From the IMG/VR virus record IMGVR_UViG_3300017971_000190, positions 62,001 to 126,000 of that record: a stretch of DNA of 64,000 nt, one strand, 5' to 3'. The notes beneath the pieces were generated by a model. It was not told the origin of the DNA and did no database searches. It saw only the letters and a list, made by a program, of their open reading frames with translations. Positions 9,896 to 20,754 of the stretch are shown in pieces (position 1 is the stretch's first letter; each line of letters begins with the position of its first letter). The position numbers and the translations under genes were made by a program.

Positions 9896-11981
9896 GATGA
9901 AAACATTTGAGGAAGAAATGAAAAAGATTCAACTTTGGGAAGGATATGACTGGAATACCCCATCTAAAGCTGTAGTAGCCTCGGATGGAAAAGGTTGTGG
10001 AGCTGTACTTTGGACTGTTGGCCCACACGTTGCATATGTTTTAAATGAAGTGGGACTTAACGAACTTGGTGACTTGGGTTTAGACAACTGTCCTAAAGGA
10101 ATTTGGATTTGGGAAGGAACATCTAAAGTATATCATAGTCCTGACGGAGAAGATGATTGGATGGAATTGTTAGGTGAGTTTAGAAAACCTACGTTTGAGG
10201 AAGGTGAACTAATTTTGGAAAATAAATGTCCAATGGTTAGATACTAAACCACTGCACCCTTTTAACGAAAGTGCTTCTGGTCCAGATTGGGTTAGTTTCG
10301 GTTATGCCCATAGTCTCAGCAAAGAAATAAGTCAAGAAGAACTACATATTAAAATGGAAGAGTGGGGTTGGTTGAGAAAAGAATTGTGCTGCGATAACCC
10401 TTCTTTTGACTTGTATGGTTGGCTTCCTGGAGATTGTGATACGTGTCGAATTTGCTCAAATTGTAATTTTGTAGAAGAGTATAGTTTCGGAACTTGGTTC
10501 ATTGCTCCAAAAGAAGTTGCCGACATTTTTCTAAATAGAGAATTTGAAATAGATTGGGGTGACGAATCTAATTTTGATGTAGAAAAAGGTAATATGGTAT
10601 TCAAAAATGCTCGGTATTAAACCATTCCATAAAGGCGAATCAATATTTATTTGTGCTTTCTGTGGAAAAAGCACTTCCTATTTTCACTGCCCAAACAAAA
10701 GCTGCTCAGCCTACGAAAAAGTAAAAGTGGTAAGACTAGCTGTGATCAAACCTTTTTTGGAGGATGGCAAACGTTTGCGTCTTATTGATGGTTACAAGCT
10801 TGCATCTTCCGCCACTTTTAGAGAAACAATTAAAAACATTTTAGCTAGTCCGTTGCTAAATGCCGCTTACGTAACTCACCTCTACTTTGAAATCCCAAAA
10901 GTTGAACCTTTTGTTTATGATGTAGTTGGGCAGTATTGTTTAACCAATTCTTCTTTTTCGTTGCAAACCGAAGAGAGATTAATTTTGAAAGAAGGATCCA
11001 AATGACTGAGCGACATAAAAGTATGAGTGAAGTCTTTAAAGCGGTTTATGGTCCTCGTCCACGTTCTTGGGATTACTTAAGTGAAGACCTTGATTTTATT
11101 CTTAGTGCTAAACGGAAAGCTCTCGGGATTCCAGACGAAATGTTAGACTCTCAGCTTCCTTACAATGGTCGTACAGACCCTCTTTTTGAAATAGTTAAAA
11201 GTTGTCTCCTACCAGTTGTTGGGGACTCTTTTGACAGTTTTAAAGAATTTGTAGAAGCAGCTAAACGCTTAATTTTTGCTATGAAAGATATGCACGACAA
11301 CGGTTGGTTCGATATTCATATTTTGGAAGAGGCAAATGACGCTTACCTAACCATTTCTGCCACAAGACAGAAACCAAATATGCAGTATTTTACTCGTAAT
11401 TGGCCTCCTCCTGAGGAAGGAAAAATAAAATGAATTTTAAACAAATTGCTTTCACTTGTGGTTACGCTGAAACAGGTCAAGTTGGAACAACAATTTTTCA
11501 AAGACGCTCTAACGAAGAACCTTTAAATACTATCGAAGATGCTTTAAAAGATTTTGCCACAGATTTATTCTTTGTTTGGTGGGACAGTGAGGGTTCTTTT
11601 TACATAAATGAAAAAGAATGTGCTCGGTGTCACCAATCAATTAATAAAATAGATAGTAAACGTTTCCTTGCTTTTGAAGCTTGGGTACTAACTTTAGCTA
11701 CAGCCGACACTAACCACACAGATTGTGAAAATATATCTTGGACGCCTTGGTTAATTTGGTCTCAAATTGCCAAGATACCGTTGGAAGAAACAATTCAAAT
11801 TATAGAAAAAGCTGAAAGTATTTTACCTCTTTTCGTAGAGTTAGAACAGTACGAAGAAGGTTTAGGATCTGAAATTGTGAAAGCTTACAATACTTGGGTA
11901 AACAATAAATCTAAAGACTCACTGGAAGAAAGAAAAGAGGACGCTTTAAAGTTTCACATTAAGGTATTTAAAAATGAATGA
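9885..11981 (+). other. hypothetical CDSs 9885..10247, 10354..10620, 10607..11005, 10936..11433 and 11430..11981
   Basis: Overlapping co-directional ORFs, several with CxxC pairs. Confidence 0.6.
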
Positions 11982-12150
11982 TGTAATTTGGGTAGTAGTT
12001 TTAGTCCTTACTTTCTCCTTGTGGGCAGGAACTTTAATTTATGTGTGGACACTTCCGCCACACGGAAGAAAAGCATTTTGGTTAGGATTTTGGAACATGT
12101 TTGGTTTCAAAAGTTTTTTAGACGATAACAAAGATGACAAATTACACTAA
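11974..12150 (+). CDS. small membrane protein (58 aa)
   Basis: Read manually: MNDVIWVVVLVLTFSLWAGTLIYVW...; fills the gap and overlaps both neighbours. Confidence 0.55.
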   Translation: MNDVIWVVVLVLTFSLWAGTLIYVWTLPPHGRKAFWLGFWNMFGFKSFLDDNKDDKLH

Positions 12151-13866
12151 GCAACAAACTATTGAAGCTCTCCGCAATCCCCAGGTGGGCGATTATTTTT
12201 CAGAAATGATGAACTATCGTATGTGGGTGGTTAAAGTAACACCTAAAATAGTAGTTTATTTTGACGCCATTCCACCTTGTACCGTACCAGATGATTGTAC
12301 AATTATGGAAGTAGCTAGAGATTATTTTGTTGATCATTTCACAAAACCACATTGTTGGGTTCGTCTCATAAGTCATGATGAAAACGTAGCAGGTTGGTTA
12401 GAAAGGTAAACAAAATGGCAATTGAAGATTCAGCTGCTACTATGAGTAGATTAGCATTTTTTGCTGATGCCATCGCTGCTTGTCCGGAAGAAGCACAAGC
12501 TTTGAAAAATGTATTCTTGGAACCTACACCAAATGATGAAAATCCTCCTACATCAGAATTAAAATTAGCAATTACATTATTGGCTAATAAAATAACAAAA
12601 AATCTTTTAATAGAGAAGAATTCTCATCTTGCTATCGAAGCAACAATAGAAGAATTAGCTTTTGGTGATAGTGATGCTGGTAAAAGTGCAGCTAATGCTC
12701 TTAGATGGGCTTCTGGACATTATTATAAATGAAACAACTTCTTTGTAAAACTTGTGATAGTGGTCTCCTCCCTCATTGGGGTCCGTATGGAGACGAAAAA
12801 CTTTGGCAGTGTTTAAGCTGCGATAGTACCAAGGAAATTGAACCACAAGAAGAACAACTGTGGATAGAACTTTTTACTACAGGTTCTTTTTCTTGCCCTT
12901 TTTGTGGTGGAACTTTGGCGCAAAAACGAGTTCGATATCACCATGGTGTTTTAACTCTTCATTGCACCAGTAAAGGTTGCAAGTGGTGGACTTGGTTTTT
13001 CGGCAGTCAGTACAAAAAAGGAAAAACTCGTGACTCAATCCGTACTGGAAGCACTATTGAAGCAAAGTGATTATTATTGTCCTCATTGTTTAGAAACTGG
13101 GCATCTTACTAAGTTGCTTCTGGATTCAGAAGTCAATTTAGTTTGTGTAGCAGGTGAGCACGGTATTGTAGAAAGAGAACTGGCATTTACATGGGAAGAC
13201 GTACAAAATATTGTCACTGTTTTAACAATTAGTAAAGCTGATACTGAAGATCTCAAGAAAATGGTAACAATGACTCAAGAGGCGAGATCTTTAGCCAGAA
13301 AAGTAAGACAACAAAGTCCTCTCATGGAGAGTTAAACTATGAAAATTTACCTTATAGAAAATGGTTACTACAGTGATTACGGTATCGATGCTGTTTTTAC
13401 TTCTCTGGAAGCTGCTAAAAATTATTGTCAATATTATAACGATGATAAAGAAGATGGAATTGATTCTGACACTATTGAGTATCGGTTAGAGTACAGAATA
13501 AAAATAATGGAGACAGACTTAGAAACTCCTCAGGTTCCAAAAGACCTTAAAGGTTTTAGAGTTGTTATTAGTAAGGATGGAGAGACAGCTGTCACAGACA
13601 ATTGTTCCCTTGCAGAAGCGCAAAATAGAAAAAATAAACTAGAATTTTTTGACCCCCAAGAAACTACTAATTTTTGTGCACCTTTTTACCTTCACAGCCG
13701 AAGCCCTGAAGATCAACAACGGCTTACTCGTGTTCCTAGCATGAAATTGTGGGTGTTGGCCAGAGACGAAAAGCACGCAATTAAAATTGTAGCTGAAAAA
13801 CGAGCTGAGGTTTTAGCCTTGAACAAGTGGCCTACTAAGTTCGATCATTACGGTCGTGTTCTGTAA
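12134..13866 (+). other. hypothetical CDSs 12134..12409, 12394..12732, 12729..13070, 13030..13335 and 13339..13866
   Basis: Packed co-directional ORFs; 12729..13070 has two CxxC pairs. Confidence 0.6.
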
Positions 13867-13878
13867 AAAGGTAATAGA

Positions 13879-15216
13879 ATGCTCAAAATTAAAAATGACC
13901 CAAATTGTAAAATTTGTAAAGGGGTTATGACTGTTCAGGCTTGTATGATGGGTGGATTTTTAAATATGCAATCTACCAGTATTTGTCCTTGTTCTGTGGT
14001 AGAAACAGAAGATGGAAAAGAAATACCATATGCAGAATTTGCAAAAGGACTTCGTTGCCTAGATATAGAATTAACACCAGAAGGGCACGTCTCTTTAAAT
14101 AAAGACTGCTTTCCTAGAAAAACAATTACACAACGCTACTATGAAGAAACGGAAAAGCTGAATAAAGAACAAACAAAACCTTTAACTGAAGAATTATACC
14201 GTAAAGTAATTGAGGTTCCTAGTGAAGATGGTAGTTGGGTAGACACTTCTGAACCACTTTCTCCTGGGGATATTGTAACAGCTTGTCCTACTTGTGGAAA
14301 CGTAAGAAAAGCAAAATTAGAAGAAAATATTTGTTGTAGTCGTGATTTGTCTCGCTGTACTCGACCTATCGGTTTAGCAATTGAAGTAGACAACGAACAC
14401 AACTGGGCAAAAGTTAAACCATATTCTAATCTACTTGCTTGCGCAGTTTGTCAAGGAATGTTGGAAGTAACGGAAGAGGGATTTTCTCCAATTGTTTGTG
14501 AAAGGTGTAAAAATAAAATGGAAAAACCACTAGGCTACGTTGATGATGTAAACGAAGAAATATTAAAAATAGGCGCAAAAGAAAAACCATGGAAACCTTG
14601 TAGTACTCCCATTTGTATTGGTCAACCTGTTGTGGCTTGTCATCATTGTGGGTATTTCTTCCCTGTAACTGAAAGTCACGACAGTCATGATTTACTCCCA
14701 ATTTTTGAGTGGACTGAAAAATGTTTTAATTGTAACAAATATCTTTCTTCATCTGATCTTGGTTCTATCGCTTTTGCAATCTCCTATAGAAATAGAAAAG
14801 GCGAAAAAGAAATTCAGGTAACTTACGATCCGGAAAAGTATCCTAAAACCATTGGAGATCATGATTTTCATCTGACAGAAGCTCAATCTTACGTACAAAA
14901 ATGGGCTGTAAGAAATAATCGTTTAAGAAAGCTTAAAGAAGAGTTAGAAGATTTTGATAAAAATAACATTACCATTGCTGACCTAACTATAAACGGTTTG
15001 GAAAATTTAGTAGACTCTGATTGTCCTCAGGTGACAACTCTTTTTGCTGCTCTTAGAGGATTGTGGACCACCTCTTCACGGATTGGAACTCTTTACCTTA
15101 CCTGTGATGAAGACGAAACTTTAGTATTAAAATTTCCTCTTCGTTTGAAAGCAAATGCTAAAGAATTTGCAGATTTAAAATACCTAATTGAGAATATTAA
15201 GTTGAAAGGTAATTGA
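13879..15216 (+). CDS. multi-zinc-finger protein with two internal repeats
   Basis: Many CxxC motifs; repeat units PLSPGDIVTACPTC...IGLAI and PICIGQPVVACHHC...IAFAI. Confidence 0.6.
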   Translation: MLKIKNDPNCKICKGVMTVQACMMGGFLNMQSTSICPCSVVETEDGKEIPYAEFAKGLRCLDIELTPEGHVSLNKDCFPRKTITQRYYEETEKLNKEQTKPLTEELYRKVIEVPSEDGSWVDTSEPLSPGDIVTACPTCGNVRKAKLEENICCSRDLSRCTRPIGLAIEVDNEHNWAKVKPYSNLLACAVCQGMLEVTEEGFSPIVCERCKNKMEKPLGYVDDVNEEILKIGAKEKPWKPCSTPICIGQPVVACHHCGYFFPVTESHDSHDLLPIFEWTEKCFNCNKYLSSSDLGSIAFAISYRNRKGEKEIQVTYDPEKYPKTIGDHDFHLTEAQSYVQKWAVRNNRLRKLKEELEDFDKNNITIADLTINGLENLVDSDCPQVTTLFAALRGLWTTSSRIGTLYLTCDEDETLVLKFPLRLKANAKEFADLKYLIENIKLKGN

Positions 15217-15602
15217 AAATGGGTAAAATTGGATACGACAGATTTATTATGTATTGTTCAGACAAAGAGTTGATTGAAATATTAAATTATCTCGGAAAGA
15301 GATTTTTTATTATTACCGAATCAAAAGGTTTTTGGTCTGACAACCCAAAAGACAGGAATAGTGGTGAGTGTATTGCCCTCATGCATAGTGAATTAAGCGA
15401 AGCCTTAGAAGCCGTTAGAAACGATAATCCTCCGAGTAAAAAGATTCCAGAGTTTTCTAACTTAGAAGAGGAACTGGCAGACGTTATTTACAGAGTGTTG
15501 GAATATGCTCATGTTCATAGTTTAAATGTTGGAGGAGCACTCTTAGCAAAAGCCAGATTTAATGCCACTCGACCACACAAACATGGTAACAAGGTTTTTT
15601 AA
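15213..15602 (+). CDS. MazG-like nucleotide pyrophosphohydrolase (all-alpha NTP-PPase)
   Basis: ECIALMHSELSEALEA...LEEELADVIYR...K..FN..R.HKHG.K motif. Confidence 0.85.
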   Translation: MKMGKIGYDRFIMYCSDKELIEILNYLGKRFFIITESKGFWSDNPKDRNSGECIALMHSELSEALEAVRNDNPPSKKIPEFSNLEEELADVIYRVLEYAHVHSLNVGGALLAKARFNATRPHKHGNKVF

Positions 15603-16251
15603 GGGAACAAGAGAGATGAAAATATCAGAACAGCAATTACTAATATTACTTGATATAACAAGACATGTTATTGATTGCAATGTTGTTAATCTAAATTTCG
15701 GATATTCAAAAGAGCACATCATAAAGTTCTATGAAAATATTATGAGTCAACAAAACGAAATAGTCGATACGCATCGTTTTCATTGTCGTAGTGAAGAATA
15801 CCTAAGACTCGCATTAGATTTGTACGAATCTTTAGAAGGCAGCGAGCCTAATTTTAAAGAAAGTGGTATTGGTAAACGTGCAACTGAGATATTGTATCCT
15901 AAACGAGAAGAAACAAAGGAGTCGTAAATGACACCGCAAGAAATGTTTGAGAAAGAACTGCTTAAACTTAAACCAAACATGAAAATGTGTTACGAATACT
16001 GCTCTTTTCTAGTTAAAGAAAAAAGCGATCTACATCTTGGCCCCTTTGCCAAAGCTCTAGCTTGGGCTCATATTGGTGTAGCTTTGGAAAATCCAGGTAA
16101 AGCCATTCCAATTTTTACCTCAACTGCAAAGTTAGAAGAAGTGAAGAAGGGGATTAAAAGAGCAATTGCTCAAGAGCTTCAAAATATAGAAGGGAGAGTT
16201 GACATTGGAGACACAACGATAACATTTTGGCCTCCTTATCAAGAAGAATAA
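15562..16251 (+). other. hypothetical CDSs 15562..15927 and 15928..16251
   Basis: Co-directional ORFs with no recognised motif. Confidence 0.55.
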
Positions 16252-16718
16252 AATTTATGTCAGTATTGAATACAACAGTAGAAACCACTTTTAATTTTAG
16301 CAGCCGGGAACATCCTGGCTGTCACATTTTCTGCTCCAAAGCTGATATTGATGATATTGATGTTTTTGTAGAAAAAGAAAAGATGAAGACAGTAGAGCAT
16401 GATCCTGTTGCTAAGTGGGAAGAAATTAGGTCTGTCCGAATTTTTGGTACCATTTTCAGTAAAGACCTTTTTAGGCAATTTAACTCCTTCACAGGAGAGA
16501 ATCAAACCCACCCAATCTCTATAGAAATATGGGCCTATAACGTTTTAGAAGATAAGGATTACATACTGAAAATAAATGATATTTGGATAATAAACACGGA
16601 AGATAACAAAAAGTTGGAGTTTTCAGCTGTTAATCTTATACCTTGGCGACCCAATATCAAAACCAATCCAACCTTAGTTGCTTTGGATAAAATCCATGCC
16701 ACCCCACTTGCAATTTAG
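16227..16718 (+). CDS. hypothetical protein, weakly tail-tube-like
   Basis: ENQTHPISIEIW...KINDIWI weakly parallels DQNFPFTCREFW...YRGCWF of the tube protein. Confidence 0.35.
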   Translation: MASLSRRIKFMSVLNTTVETTFNFSSREHPGCHIFCSKADIDDIDVFVEKEKMKTVEHDPVAKWEEIRSVRIFGTIFSKDLFRQFNSFTGENQTHPISIEIWAYNVLEDKDYILKINDIWIINTEDNKKLEFSAVNLIPWRPNIKTNPTLVALDKIHATPLAI

Positions 16719-16968
16719 CTACAAATCAATTTATCTTAATCGTGCCTATTACGGTAGGTACGTTTTATTGATTACTCCGCATAAAACTGTTAACCTCTCC
16801 CCTTACTATGCAATTCCACTTTCAGAAGATTCTACTATTAATTACATCGAAGCATACCGTACCTCTAGTCCTTTGCAAGCATCTAAAGTCTGTAAAGCTT
16901 CCTCCTTTGCCTCGTGGATCAGAAAACAAAAACGAAAAGAACAAAAGGCTTTAGGTAAAATACAATGA
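16678..16968 (+). CDS. hypothetical protein, paralog of the N-terminus of 18024..18923
   Basis: Shares CKASSFASW[IF]RK and an alignable upstream segment. Confidence 0.6.
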   Translation: MLWIKSMPPHLQFSYKSIYLNRAYYGRYVLLITPHKTVNLSPYYAIPLSEDSTINYIEAYRTSSPLQASKVCKASSFASWIRKQKRKEQKALGKIQ

Positions 16969-18018
16969 CAACTTCTAACAAAACGGCTCAACTTTTAGAA
17001 GCCCTTGCTGATATTGTAGAAGTGGGAGAAGCAATACTTACCTACGATAATAACTCTTTTGCTTTAACGCCATTTGAAGTTAAGAAATTAAAAGATACTG
17101 CTCAAAAGGTGGTAGATCCAGGTAACAACGATTTAGTATTAGACGGGCTGCTGCAATTAAAATTACTTACTATTTGGAAGAAAAGGTTACCTGAGAAATT
17201 AGTTGCTTTTGTAGAACACAAAGCTTTACATTTTAAACAAATAATACAAGATACCGGAGGGTCCATCCAATGATTAAAGAACACATTTTAGAGTGCCCTC
17301 GTTGTAAAGCTCAATTTAAAGTGCAGCAACAAATTCAGCCAACTCAAGATATAGTTTGCGCATGGTCTGACTCTATTATGTATGATGAGCGTCCTTTAGC
17401 AGCAGCTATAACTCCAGATGGAGATTTACTAGTTAAAGGAAAAGATGTTAACAAAGGATCTACACATCTATTTTCTGTTCCACTTGGAAAAGAGGTGCCC
17501 ACAGAATTTGGTCCTCAAAAGTTTGAATTGCAAGAGATATACCCCGGAGTCGTGAAACTCTCTCCATCTGTAGCTGACCAGCAATTTCACGGATTTGTTA
17601 CCATTGTAGGTGTGCCAAAAAATTGGAAGGAGTTGTTAAAATGACAATTGATCAAGACTGTCTCGATTTCAACCCTATTGTTTGGTACGATGAAGGCGAA
17701 ATAGTAGGAAACAGAGTAATATTCTCCATTAGACAACAGACTCCCGATCTTTATAATTGGTTGGTAATTGTAGATACAACTCTTGACGAGACAGTAACAC
17801 AAGCTGGAACATCCCCTTCTTTTGAAGCAGCTAAAGATATTGTTACACAATCTATTTACTCTATTTTACACGGAGCTTTTTCTAGTAAACAAAGGGTAGA
17901 TAATTTAGGTTGGTATACTGATATAAATGATAAAGTTCGTTGTATAAATTGTAATACACTTTATGAATTCAATGGAGATTTATGGAAACAAAGTTGCTCT
18001 TGTAAAGAGAATAAGTAA
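16965..18018 (+). other. hypothetical CDSs 16965..17273, 17270..17644 and 17623..18018
   Basis: ATGA-type overlaps, co-directional. Confidence 0.65.
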
Positions 18019-18023
18019 AAGGT

Positions 18024-18923
18024 GTGTTTATGAAATTCAGTTATAAAGATATTATAAGTGGTCGCATTTATGGGGGCCGTAAAGTAATTGATATATACCC
18101 TCGTAAAAGGTCTGATCGTTCTCCTTTTATCTATGTACCACTTAATTCAAAATCTATGATTTATTACAAACATGTAAACTCTGAAGAAGTTGCATCTGAA
18201 TTAGAAGTTGATTTTCTAGACGAAGAAGAAAAATGTTGTAAAGCTTCGTCATTTGCTTCATGGTTTAGGAAATCAAATAAGCTAAACCTTAAAGATGGTG
18301 AAGTTTATCTAATAGGTGATCCTCACCCTCTCTCACCTAAAAATTTATTAAATTCTTCTTCCACCCCTCCTAAAGGTAAAGGATGGTTAATTAAGAATTA
18401 CGAAAGTAAGACCATGCTAGACTCATCAGTAGGGGCTATTAGAATTCTGAAAAAAGCTGCGCAAGAAGGATTAGGAAAACTTGCCTTTCATTATCATCTT
18501 AAATGGCCATGGGGAGGAGAGCCTTGTAGACACAAGGATTCTTCAGACGGAACTAGAGATCGTTGTCTTTCTTGTTTAGGAAGTGATTACGAAGGAGGTT
18601 GGATTGTACAAGGACGAATTTCTATTCTTGTTTTAGAAATTCAAAAAGGAACTGTCCCTTATAATGGTCTGCGAGGTTGTATCCATTTTAATCGTCATGT
18701 TGCACCAAACGACGTTCTGTACGACCTTAAGAAAAACATAGCTTGGCGCCTTAGCCGTGTGGGTAGTAACGGAGATGCTTCACGCATACCATTTACTTGG
18801 GTAATTTATGCTAGAGAACTTCTACCTGGAGATCTGAAGGAAGATAATCAATTTAGTAAAAGAATAGAAAAATATGAAGAGAAAATCAAAATCAACCTAA
18901 AACAAACAGGAGAACAAAAATGA
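18024..18923 (+). CDS. composite protein: CKASSFASW domain plus neck-like Cys motif
   Basis: N-terminus similar to 16678..16968; C-terminal WPWGGEPC...CLSCLGSDYEGGW similar to the 3099 and 5207 motif. Confidence 0.55.
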   Translation: MFMKFSYKDIISGRIYGGRKVIDIYPRKRSDRSPFIYVPLNSKSMIYYKHVNSEEVASELEVDFLDEEEKCCKASSFASWFRKSNKLNLKDGEVYLIGDPHPLSPKNLLNSSSTPPKGKGWLIKNYESKTMLDSSVGAIRILKKAAQEGLGKLAFHYHLKWPWGGEPCRHKDSSDGTRDRCLSCLGSDYEGGWIVQGRISILVLEIQKGTVPYNGLRGCIHFNRHVAPNDVLYDLKKNIAWRLSRVGSNGDASRIPFTWVIYARELLPGDLKEDNQFSKRIEKYEEKIKINLKQTGEQK

Positions 18924-20294
18924 GTGAAAGTAGTATTGTAGAAGTAACTTTAGGACCGCAACACGAAAATCACAGTCATTGTGCCTGTGGAGCTGTTGCT
19001 AATGGTTACTATAAAGAAACTGGCGAGTGGACTTGTGAACGTTGTGGGGCTCTTAGAGAACACAATAGACTGTCTACCTGGTTTTTAGAAAACATTAGTC
19101 ACGAAGTTAGGGAAGGAGGATTGGTAGACAATGTAATAAGGTTGCTCTCTGAAAGAATGGAGATGCGAGAAATTGCCAAGAACAGCTGAATATCGACTCA
19201 GAGACTTCCACCAACAAAATATTGAGAAGTTTCTCAAAGAATTAACAGAGGTGGCTCAGTCCACTCTAGCTGCCTATGGCAATGCTACCGTTTATTTTGA
19301 GCCAGACCCCATAAACGGTATGATGCTTGTGGTGGTAGCAGATGCTAGTGGAGATAGCGAACCCCAAATACTAGAAGAAAAGTACGCTAAAGCAGTAGAT
19401 GCTCAGTTGGAAGCTGACAGTTTAGCATACTTAGAATCGGTTTACCCAACTAAAAATTGGGTGCGAGAAGTTCCCCAATGTACTTGTTGTTCAGGAGTAG
19501 CTGCAGTTGACCAAGACGGTATTGTACATCATAAAGGACACAGACAAAAACCGTATGGAATGTCGTGCAGTTTTAACGGGACTAAAACAAAGTGGTTAGA
19601 TTATGTTGCAAGTATTACCGTTTGCCCGGTATGTAACAAAACACCTGTAGTAACCGGTTCTAATAATATAGTTCACGATACTGTTTATTGTGACGTTTTT
19701 TCTGGAAAACATCAACCAAGAACTTGGTTGCGTTTAATAGAGGAATACTGGGAACGTAAAGAAAAAGAAAATGAATAATTGGACTCAAGAAAAAGATAGC
19801 AGTACCGTAGAAACATGGAAATGTAATACTACTGGGTGGAGTATCTACAAAGCCAGTTATGCTCCTTGGTGGTTTTTAATTCCGCCTAATTGGAAGAAGA
19901 ATGAAGTGCAGTTTGGTCCCTACAAAACTAAACTCCAGGCAATGAACTGGAGAGATAAAATTGCTACCGTAGTTGACAAAATTCACAAAGAGAAAAATTC
20001 ATGAGAAGTAAATTTAAAGTCAAAGTCATTTATACAGTCAAAGACGGTAGTAAGGTACTTCCTCGTTTTAAATTGAATCTTAGTTTACCATTTCCACCAT
20101 CAAATGATATAATCATAAGTAGAGCTAGTTCGGTTATTATTCCACTTGGGCCATTCGAAAAAATTATTTACGATTACGAAACAGGAATTTTTATTTGTCA
20201 TCTTACGTGGACTCCTATTAAAGAACTCAACGGAGAAGAGTGGAGACAACTGTTTTGGAATTTAGAGTCAGAAGGGTGGGAGCAGATTGATTGA
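18920..20294 (+). other. hypothetical CDSs 18920..19189, 19173..19778, 19771..20004 and 20001..20294
   Basis: Overlapping co-directional ORFs. Confidence 0.6.
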
Positions 20295-20754
20295 ATACAT
20301 AGCGCAGACAAAAGAAAATGGTTACAGTTGTTGTCACCTCATTGCTTTGCTTAATGCTCACCGATTTTGGAATTTACCAATAATCGATCCGAGTGATTCA
20401 GAGTGGGAAGACTGGGTTGATATTTACCGTTGTCGTCATGGCGCGGTTATTCCCGTTGAATGCATGTACGCTGATCTCCAAATTTGTTGGAAGACATTGT
20501 CTCTAGAAAAACCTTGTACTGTCGGTCAACTACCAATTATGGTAAGTCATTTTGATCGTCTAGCAGGTTTTCACAGCTCTCTTATTGTAGACATTGATAA
20601 AGACAACTGGACAATTGTAAATAAGAGCGGAGGGAGAGGACCATTGATTCAGATCGTAAACAGAAACGAATTGGATATTTATAAAAGAGATACTATAAAA
20701 CCTGGGGGATTAGCTTCACTTTTTTACAGAGCAGGAGAGTACAAAAATGTCTGA
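20287..20754 (+). CDS. putative papain-fold (C39-like) cysteine peptidase
   Basis: Q....YSCCHLIALLNA (Gln and Cys), FHSSLIVD (His), IVN (Asn) in papain-like order. Confidence 0.4.
   Translation: MIEYIAQTKENGYSCCHLIALLNAHRFWNLPIIDPSDSEWEDWVDIYRCRHGAVIPVECMYADLQICWKTLSLEKPCTVGQLPIMVSHFDRLAGFHSSLIVDIDKDNWTIVNKSGGRGPLIQIVNRNELDIYKRDTIKPGGLASLFYRAGEYKNV

Noticed and set aside
10248-10353. Possible frameshift linking 9885..10247 to 10354..10620 (frame open about 45 codons upstream of the ATG)
   Set aside because: No recognisable slippery site or stimulator; an alternative start or a plain spacer explains it equally well.
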